Part shown: positions 9,367 through 17,500 of the stretch, in pieces | Layout: each line of letters starts with the position of its first letter | How positions within the stretch are numbered: position 1 is the stretch's first letter | Source of the DNA: an uncultured Candidatus Saccharibacteria bacterium | GTDB taxonomy: Bacteria; Patescibacteriota; WWE3; UBA101185; UBA10185 | Direction of reading: 5' to 3' | Assembly: GCA_964387275.1 (NCBI GenBank) | Contig: CAYLVW010000004.1 | Coordinates: 10,525 to 74,524 of the forward strand | DNA: 64,000 bases | Made by a program: the position numbers and the translations under genes | Notes under the pieces: model-generated | Database searches by the model: none | Seen by the model: the letters and a program-made list of their open reading frames with translations, nothing else | What the model was told of the DNA's origin: nothing

Positions 9367-11012
9367 ATTTTTCCATAACGAATTGGGAACTAAGTTTATT
9401 TGTTCCTCAGAGGATTTTTGCAAAACTTAAAACGTTTTTCTATGCAGTTTTTACAGAGCGTAATGTCTATTATTTTATTTCGTTTATTCTTGTTGTAATT
9501 TCGATTTGGGCATTTTATTTTTACTATGAAAATAAGCTAGGACTTGCATATAATGATGCAAGATCCCATTTAGACATTGGTCGAAGAGTAGTGGAGGGTT
9601 TAAAGCCGGGACTTGCCCAATTGGGTTCTGTGTGGCTGCCTCTTCCCCATGTATTAATGATCTTTACAATATGGGATGATTTTATGTGGCATTCGGGACT
9701 AGCCGGAGCGATTATTAGTATGATTTCCTTTGTTGTTACAGGACTTCTTATATTTAAAATTTTAAAAGAGCTTAATGTTGGGCTAGTTGGGCGGGTTCTA
9801 GGTGTTTTTATATTTATACTTAACATTAATATCCTATACCTACAGTCTACTGCTATGACAGAATTACTTTTGATTGCAACAATGACCGCGGGATGTTATG
9901 AACTATTGATCTGGCATAAGAGTGATAACGTTTTGCACTTGGTAAAAGCAGCTTTTTATATAATGTTATCCACTCTGACTAGATACGATGGATGGTTTTT
10001 GTTTTTTATTGCCGCTGTTCTAGTTGTAATAAAAACCTTTAGAACAAAAGGATACAAAGCAGCTGAAGGTATGTTTGTATTATTTTGCACATTGGGAGGT
10101 TTTGGACTTTTCTTATGGTTATTATGGAACGCCTTAATCTTTAAAGATCCTTTGTATTTTGCATTTGGTCCATTTTCAGCTCATGCTCAGCAGCTTCAAC
10201 TAGAGGACGCTGGCGTATTAATTACCAAACACGACTGGTATCAGTCACTACGATTTTACTTATATGCAATGGTTTATAACTCAGGAGCAGTTCAAGTAAT
10301 TTTTGGGATTATTGGTGCAGTTTTAATTTTTGTTGACCGTAAGCTTACTGTAAATACAAAAGTAGGTATAACTGCTTTGTTAGCCCCATTTGTATTTAAT
10401 GTATTAGCGCTTTATCTTGGTCATTCTGTACTATTTATTCAAGGTCTTTCTGGTGACACATGGTTTAATGTTAGATATGGCATTATGTTGATGCCATCTA
10501 TAGCTGTATTCGTAGGATTTTTGGTTGACAGAGCAAGATATTTTTCACGATTGGTTGTTCCTATACTTGGAATTTCTGTATTTTTTATGTTCTATAGTGC
10601 CGATGCTGTTACTATAGATGATGCTAGAGTAGGATCCAGTCAAAAGAATGTTACAGAGGTTTCAGGTTACCTTAGGGAGCATGCTAAAAATTCTACAGGT
10701 TATGTTCTTATATCTGCAGCTTCTCACGACGCGATAATTTTTTCTTCCGACCTTCCTATGAGTAGGTTTATTCATGAAGGTACGGGTTTATATTGGCAAG
10801 ATGCAATAGAGTTCCCTGATAGGTGGGCACACTGGATAGTAATGAGAACTTATGATGACAACGATCTGACTTGGAAGGGTGTTAAGGACTCACCGGGACT
10901 TGAAAGATATACAATTGTTGGAAAGTTTCCTTTTGCTGATATATATGAGCTGAAACCTGAGTATGTTGATCAGCTAAATCTGGATCAAAGATTTAAGGAT
11001 ATTCAGAAGTAG
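9363..11012 (+). CDS. polytopic membrane glycosyltransferase, GT-C fold (second paralog)
   Basis: Many TM helices. First loop YNDARSHLDIGRRVVEG. Large C-terminal soluble domain. ATGA overlap with the upstream GT-C gene. Confidence 0.5.
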   Translation: MNFSITNWELSLFVPQRIFAKLKTFFYAVFTERNVYYFISFILVVISIWAFYFYYENKLGLAYNDARSHLDIGRRVVEGLKPGLAQLGSVWLPLPHVLMIFTIWDDFMWHSGLAGAIISMISFVVTGLLIFKILKELNVGLVGRVLGVFIFILNINILYLQSTAMTELLLIATMTAGCYELLIWHKSDNVLHLVKAAFYIMLSTLTRYDGWFLFFIAAVLVVIKTFRTKGYKAAEGMFVLFCTLGGFGLFLWLLWNALIFKDPLYFAFGPFSAHAQQLQLEDAGVLITKHDWYQSLRFYLYAMVYNSGAVQVIFGIIGAVLIFVDRKLTVNTKVGITALLAPFVFNVLALYLGHSVLFIQGLSGDTWFNVRYGIMLMPSIAVFVGFLVDRARYFSRLVVPILGISVFFMFYSADAVTIDDARVGSSQKNVTEVSGYLREHAKNSTGYVLISAASHDAIIFSSDLPMSRFIHEGTGLYWQDAIEFPDRWAHWIVMRTYDDNDLTWKGVKDSPGLERYTIVGKFPFADIYELKPEYVDQLNLDQRFKDIQK

Positions 11013-11051
11013 GATATAAGTAATAACAATTTATGTAAGTGATTAGTTTTT

Positions 11052-12332
11052 GTGATTTATGGTATTTTTATAGCTATGAACAAAATATGGTTAGTTACTG
11101 TCATAACAATTCTCATATTTATTATGCAAAATAATAAGGTATTCGCACAAGAGAAAGCTACTTGGTGGGATATTCAGTCAATTGATACTATGAAGCTCTC
11201 TAGGGATTTAGCTAGGGAAAAAGCCTCTGATCCTAAATACGACATCATCATTGATAATTTATTAGCAGGAATTTCTTCTGCGGGGGCTACTCATGTTGCA
11301 ATTGCAACCCCCTACGATGAAGAGTTTATACCCTATATGCGTAGATGGGTTACATATGCTCGTAAGCATAAACTTCATGTATGGTTTAGAGGAAATTTTT
11401 CAGGTTGGGAGCAATGGTTTGGGTATCAAAAAATTTCAAAGGAAGAGCATCTAAAATTAACCAGCGAGTTTATCAGAAATCATTCGGATCTTTTTTCTGA
11501 GGGTGATATTTTCTCTTCTTGCCCTGAGTGTGAAAATGGAGCTCTAGGTGATCCCAGACACAATGGCAGGGTAGAAGAATACAAGCAATTTTTGTTGGAT
11601 CAGTATCAGGTTTCCACTGAGGCATTTAAAGCAATAAACAAGAAAGTACCTGCTAACTATTTTTCCATGAATGGGGATGTTGCGAGACTTATAATGGACA
11701 AAGAATATACTAGAAAGCTTGGTGGGATTGTTGTAATAGATCACTATGTTAAAACTCCAGCTGATTTAAACGAAGATATAAATGAGTACGCTAGGATATC
11801 AGGAGGTAAAGTTGTACTTGGGGAGTTTGGGGCACCCATACCTGATATTAACGGAGATTTCTCGGATTCAGATCAAGTTATCTGGATGAAGGAGACTATG
11901 CAGCTTCTTGTAGGCAACGAAAATTTAGTAGGTGTGAATTATTGGACTAGTGTCGGTAGTTCTACTGCACTTTGGGAGGATGATTTTTCTGAGAAGCCCG
12001 CATTATCCGAGTTAAAGACTTACTTAATTCCCTCTTTCGCTGAAATTAGATTTTTAAATGATCTATCTCATGGAATAGAGGATGTAAGACTTGTTATTAA
12101 TGGTAGACCCTATAAGTCTGATGAGAAAGGTGTCATGGAGATTAAGTATTTTAATCATAATTCAACAACTGTTGCTTCCCATTCAAAATACTTAGATTTT
12201 CAAATAGATTTAGAAGACGTTTCAACTGATCTACCTAATGAAGTTTACCTTACAAAAACTGATGTGACGCTGTTAGATAAAATTATCAAGATAATTTTTG
12301 ATATATATCTAACAATAACTGCCAAATTCTAA
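11052..12332 (+). CDS. secreted hypothetical protein, possibly a clan GH-A-like TIM-barrel glycosidase
   Basis: N-terminal signal peptide (..IFIMQNNKVFA/QE). Candidate catalytic motifs CPECENG and VVLGEFGAP resemble NE(P) and TE(x)G. The call is weak. Confidence 0.4.
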   Translation: MIYGIFIAMNKIWLVTVITILIFIMQNNKVFAQEKATWWDIQSIDTMKLSRDLAREKASDPKYDIIIDNLLAGISSAGATHVAIATPYDEEFIPYMRRWVTYARKHKLHVWFRGNFSGWEQWFGYQKISKEEHLKLTSEFIRNHSDLFSEGDIFSSCPECENGALGDPRHNGRVEEYKQFLLDQYQVSTEAFKAINKKVPANYFSMNGDVARLIMDKEYTRKLGGIVVIDHYVKTPADLNEDINEYARISGGKVVLGEFGAPIPDINGDFSDSDQVIWMKETMQLLVGNENLVGVNYWTSVGSSTALWEDDFSEKPALSELKTYLIPSFAEIRFLNDLSHGIEDVRLVINGRPYKSDEKGVMEIKYFNHNSTTVASHSKYLDFQIDLEDVSTDLPNEVYLTKTDVTLLDKIIKIIFDIYLTITAKF

Positions 12333-12337
12333 ATTGT

Positions 12338-12372
12338 TTGAATCTACCCTCTAGTATTGAAAAATCGCATAT
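12338..12372 (+). promoter_or_regulatory. candidate sigma70-type promoter upstream of the sortase-substrate gene
   Basis: TTGAAA, then a 16-17 nt spacer, then TGtGATAAGAT (extended -10-like), about 45 bp upstream of ATG 12425. Confidence 0.3.
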
Positions 12373-12424
12373 TTTGTGATAAGATCCGCCCATACTAGCT
12401 CCTGCCTATAGTATTTTAAAAAAT

Positions 12425-13063
12425 ATGAATAGCAGGAAATTTAAATTAATAATTAAGAGTTTTATAGTTTTATTGTCACTTGTTTTATTTGGGTTATCCT
12501 ATATCACCTTAGCGGCAGTGCGCGTAACCACCCCTTCTTTTCCTTCTTGTACGAAACCCCAAGGAGTTATAAAAGTAAGTTATAAAAACGGTACTCACGG
12601 TATCCCGGGAAATTATTCTACTTTTACAGGAGAGGATACTGTTTATACACTATCCGAAGATACACTTACTCAATGTTTTTGTAGCGAGGATGAAAAAGGA
12701 ATTCAAACAAATTGGTGGAAGGTATCTAGTTTAAATATCGAGGAAATTGATTATCTTAAAAATCTTGGGTGGATTTATATTCCAAATGGAGCTGATTGGG
12801 GCCTTGAAGAATCTCCTTACATGGCTAAAAATTCTACATTTAGCTGCCAAGAAGATAAAGATGGGGGTTCTGACACTTCTGAGGATGGGGATGATGATAG
12901 CGAAGGCGATGTATTAGGCGCTCAATTAGGAGCTGGGACTTGGGTTAGTGATGTTCTTGGGCTTGCTGCAACAGGAGATGCTCCAATAGTTTGGGCACTA
13001 GGGATTTCAGCTTTGTTATTTACAATTGCAGGTGTGTTTACACTGGTAAAAAATAAAAGATAG
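12425..13063 (+). CDS. sortase substrate: secreted protein with a C-terminal cell-wall sorting signal (LAATG, hydrophobic helix, KNKR)
   Basis: N-terminal signal/TM. An acidic Asp/Glu/Ser-rich spacer. C-terminus ...VLGLAATGDAPIVWALGISALLFTIAGVFTLVKNKR has the tripartite sorting-signal architecture. Confidence 0.7.
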   Translation: MNSRKFKLIIKSFIVLLSLVLFGLSYITLAAVRVTTPSFPSCTKPQGVIKVSYKNGTHGIPGNYSTFTGEDTVYTLSEDTLTQCFCSEDEKGIQTNWWKVSSLNIEEIDYLKNLGWIYIPNGADWGLEESPYMAKNSTFSCQEDKDGGSDTSEDGDDDSEGDVLGAQLGAGTWVSDVLGLAATGDAPIVWALGISALLFTIAGVFTLVKNKR

Positions 13064-13069
13064 GCTGAT

Positions 13070-13597
13070 ATGAAGGCGTTATTAGGATTTGTATTTTTGT
13101 TGGTCGGAATTTTTTTATTTGCTAGTTTATACAGAGTTTTAGCTTTATCCAGATCGCCTGTTTTGCCAAATTCTATATTGCAAAATAATTCTTCAAATCA
13201 AAAACTGTTTCCAATAAATATTGAGATTTTATCTCAAAATCTTTATTTACCTGTGAATAATGTTTCAGTAACTAATGGTAATTGGGAAGATACAAAAAAT
13301 TCTGTGGGGTATGTTTTAGAATCGCCAATACCAGGTACTGAGGGAAATTCAATTTTTTATGCACATAATAGACCAAATCTTTTTGGGAAACTGAAGTACT
13401 TAAAAAAGACCGATAAGGTGAGTGTGATCTTCTCCAACGGTACTGCTAAAGATTTTTATGTAACAAGAGTTTTTGAGGTTACAAAAGACCAAACCCATAT
13501 ACTTACCAAAACAGACAATCCTACAATAACTTTATATACTTGTTCGGGGTTCTTGGATAGTAAGAGGTTAATAGTAATAGCAGAGCCTGTTTTGTAA
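13070..13597 (+). CDS. sortase family transpeptidase (class E-like)
   Basis: N-terminal membrane anchor. Catalytic His in FYAHNR, TLYTCSGF (TLxTC Cys motif) and downstream Arg (DSKRLIVIA). It lies 7 bp after its putative substrate. Confidence 0.75.
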   Translation: MKALLGFVFLLVGIFLFASLYRVLALSRSPVLPNSILQNNSSNQKLFPINIEILSQNLYLPVNNVSVTNGNWEDTKNSVGYVLESPIPGTEGNSIFYAHNRPNLFGKLKYLKKTDKVSVIFSNGTAKDFYVTRVFEVTKDQTHILTKTDNPTITLYTCSGFLDSKRLIVIAEPVL

Positions 13598-13616
13598 TTG
13601 TGGTAGTATTTAGTGT

Positions 13617-13895
13617 ATGTTAAATCAGTTTTTAATTGGTATAGCTTATGCTCAAACTAACCCTAGTACTGATGAAGATTTAAATCTGGTTACTTTTTTA
13701 GTAATAGGATTTGGCTTATTTTTTGTAGTAGCTTCCTTCTATTATCAAAAAAAACTAGACGCAAAGTTAAAAGAAAAATTAAATAGTTCTTATAAAATAG
13801 ATGAGAGGAAATTACGTCAGCCTGTAGAATCATTTAATGTTGAATCCTATGTCCCAGAAAATCCAACCACTCCAAACACCCCAACAAAATATTAA
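13617..13895 (+). CDS. small membrane protein (hypothetical)
   Basis: One strong TM segment (LVTFLVIGFGLFFVVASFYY). A Pro/Thr-rich tail overlaps the next gene in another frame. Uncertain. Confidence 0.35.
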   Translation: MLNQFLIGIAYAQTNPSTDEDLNLVTFLVIGFGLFFVVASFYYQKKLDAKLKEKLNSSYKIDERKLRQPVESFNVESYVPENPTTPNTPTKY

Positions 13896-14595
13896 GCGCC
13901 TCCAGCTATATTTGCGTGATGCATTGGGTATATCAAGGAGAGCCTCCGAAGATTTAATTAGAGAAAAAAGAATTCATATCAATAACAAAATTGCAGAACT
14001 TGGCGATAAAGTTATTCCTGCAGACATTATAACCAAAGATGGGAGATTAGTGCAGACTAATGTACTTTTAACACCTAGGATATATCTTGCTTTAAATAAG
14101 CCAAAACGGTTTCTCACTGCCAGAAAAGATCCATTTAACAGACCTACGGTCTACAATTTACTTCCTTCTAAGTACTTAAACCTATTTCCAGTTGGTAGGT
14201 TAGATTTTAATACAGAAGGTCTACTCATTCTTACAAACGATGGGGACCTTACGCTTAGATTAACGCATCCAAAGTATCAAGTAGAAAAAGAATACCATGT
14301 GGAATTGAATAAGGGTTTTGATCCAAAGCTTATTAGTTATTGTAAAACAGGAATTTCTAACAGAGAAATAACAACCGGCCCGATTCATATAACAATTTCA
14401 ACAGCACCTAATATACTAGATGTCGTTATTTCTGAAGGACAGAATCGTGAAGTTCGTAGGATTTTTAAAAGCTTTGGTTATAAAGTCATGTCACTAAGAA
14501 GAACCCGTATATCTAGGCTTACGCTTACTGAACTTAATATCAAAGCCGGTGAGTACAAGATTCTAAGTAAGTTGGAGTTGAGTAAGATAGACTAA
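13849..14595 (+). CDS. pseudouridine synthase, RsuA/RluB family, with an N-terminal S4 domain
   Basis: S4-like segment RLQLYLRDALGISRRASEDLIREKRIHIN. Catalytic PVGRLDFNTEGLLILTNDGDL. The start is ambiguous (13837 or 13849). Confidence 0.8.
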   Translation: MSQKIQPLQTPQQNIKRLQLYLRDALGISRRASEDLIREKRIHINNKIAELGDKVIPADIITKDGRLVQTNVLLTPRIYLALNKPKRFLTARKDPFNRPTVYNLLPSKYLNLFPVGRLDFNTEGLLILTNDGDLTLRLTHPKYQVEKEYHVELNKGFDPKLISYCKTGISNREITTGPIHITISTAPNILDVVISEGQNREVRRIFKSFGYKVMSLRRTRISRLTLTELNIKAGEYKILSKLELSKID

Positions 14596-17500
14596 GGAGA
14601 GCCTGTTTGAGGACCGAACCTAACAGCCCCACCATTCATCACTGTCTTGATCTGTGCTGCCGTTAGTGGATATCTGTAGAGTCTCACATCATCTATAAGA
14701 CCGCTAAACCATTGTGCGCTTGTATCCGAGGTAGCTCCAACTCTAAACGGATCTGTAGAGTTAGTACCCATTGCAGAACCCAAAACACTACTGTTCTCAC
14801 GATTACCATTTACATATATTTCTATTGTTGAGGTTGTAGAGTTGTAAACACCTGCAAGATGATACCAAGTGCTATTTGATAGCGCCGTTGTAGCTGTGGT
14901 TCCGTTATACCCTGTAGTTATACCTAACCCAAACTGTGGTCTGGTTGTAGTGCCATTCCCTACTGTTAGTTGAAAACCCTGTGTACTTCGAGATGTGCCA
15001 TTCCATTTTGAAGCTAACGTGTAGTATGAGGTTCCTGTACTTATGTCTGGGTTTACCCATCCCATAATTGAAAAAGAATCATTAAATTCTAAGGCGCTGG
15101 TAGTTGCAGTTGTTACATAATCATTGGTCCCATCAAAATCTAAGGAGCTATTGAATTTTCCTGTGGTGCCATTATTCCACATTTCTGTAGAAGTCCCAGA
15201 ACCACAACTACCTGTAGTTGTATTACCAGATGCTCCTGGGGTTAGTGTTCCATTAAGACCCATTGCAGTGCCATTTGAATTTAATACCGAGTTGTATGCA
15301 GTAGCACCAGAGCACTCATCAAACTTGTACCAAACAACAGGAGCTCCCCGACTGTAAATATAATTTATTTGAGCTGCGGTTAGAGCTTGGTCGTATACCC
15401 TAACATCATCTATCGTGCCACTAAATGCTTCAGAGTTTATGTCACCTCCTATGACAACATTGTCTGAACTAGTGGTTGTTGCACTTGAACCTGTTCCTCC
15501 GATCCAGGATCCCGCGACTCTCTGACCATTAATATACATAGTAGCAGAAGAAGCTGTACCGTATGTATATGTGAAAGCTACATGTTGCCACTGCCCTTCA
15601 AACGCTGATGTAAGATCTCCAGTAGAGTATGTATGGTCTCCAGCTCCTGCATCTTCATACCCAAATCTTATATATACACCTGTATCATGCCTAACATAGA
15701 GGAAGTAGTTTAGTGTAGCAAAACCAGGCTCACCTTTACCCACTATGGGGAGGCCTGTCCAAAATTCTGGATTCACTATATTAACCCAAGCTGATGTAGT
15801 TATCGCTGTGGTGGGTCTTAGGCCTGTGTTATCTGAAATATTTATATCCCCGACATTATCAATGTCAAAATATAGGGCACTACCAATCTTACCAGGTCTC
15901 CAGGTTGCGGCTGTTATAGTCCCATCATTACTGTTATCTGAGCTATCACTTGAAGTTGTACCTGTATTATCATCCATTTTATGCCACAGTATTGGGTCTG
16001 GAAGATTAAATCCTTCTTCAGATTGGTCATTTACCCCTCCTAAAGATGCCGCTGAGTTATAGTTCATGTCAATTATGATTTCATTGTTTGTAAGTGCTGA
16101 TCTGTAAATTTTTATATCGTCAAGATCTCCACCGAACTCGTCACTGCCGTTTGATCCATTGGAATCCCCTATGTACAGGGTGTCATTATTCTCAAGTGTT
16201 CCGGTTGCTGAGATTGAGGTATCTGCGGTGCCCACTTCCCTGCCATCCAAGAAAAGTCTTAGGCTTGAAGTGCCTGTTTTAACAGCTGCAAAATGGTGCC
16301 AACTCCCATCATCATAAGTAGCAAGTGTGGAAGTTACAGAGTCTTCAGGAAACGATGTGTTTTCATCATCAATACCAAAGCTGATGTCGCCGTCAGATTC
16401 CATCTGGATCCTATACCCTCCATCTCCTCCAGTTGATTCAAATTTTTGGAGAATTACCTCTGCAGCAGATGTTGCTGCTCTGTTAAACCATCCCGTAATA
16501 GTAAAATCATCTGATGCTACAAAATCAAAATCAGCATCATCTGCAATTGATAGCCATCTAGATCCGTCCCCATCCCATGCTCCTCCATATTTGCCGGTAG
16601 TTATCCATGCAGCTGTTGATAGTGTGAGATCATTGTTATTTAAAGTAGAATCTTGGGCAGTTGTACCAGTTAAGTCGTCGAATTTCCATCTTGCTACATA
16701 GGAATCAACAGGCGAACCTCCTGCAGGATGTCCCCCATTCATATCTTCCAGAATTTGTTTTTGGGAACGCACATAGTTGTAAATTCTTACGTCGTCCATA
16801 TAGCCATTGTAGTAATCATGTCCGTCGTACGTTATATCTAGTTTTGGGGCGTAAGATGCATTCCCATCATATGAGTAGTATTCTTGCCATTCGCCCAATG
16901 TAGTGTCTTCATGGGTATCAAGTATAATAACCATATCATTACCACTGTTCCAACCAGATCTATCAACAATTTCTTGCACAACATCTGGTAGTGACACCGA
17001 CTCTTCAACATCTGTTGTGGTTCCTGATTGATCCCAAACTACATATTCTGTAGTTCGTGGTCTTCTTACGGAAGACAAGTTTTGAGTAAATGGGGAGTCT
17101 GTGATTGTATTTGCATCATCTGTATCATGTCCACTTACATAATAGCTCACATTTATCCCACCTGGGTCCCAACCTGAGGAAGATCTTAGAGTAAGTGTTG
17201 CAGCACTAATAGTAGCACCTCTTGGAACAGTCACATTAGTGAATCGGAACCCAGCACTATACTCGTCGTTATTATTGTGTGACCCCGGAGCAAGCGCTGT
17301 AGCATTTTCAATTATGGATGCGTCTCCTGGTACATACCTACCGGCATCGTTAGCATTACTATTTTGATCACCATCATCGGTACTTGAATTGACCTGCAAG
17401 TTAACTGTGCCACCAGTTGACGGAGCCTCTCCTATGGATAGAACATCCGTGTTATCTGTGATTGAGCTAGGTATAGTGCCGGTTACTGTTGTTGCATAAG

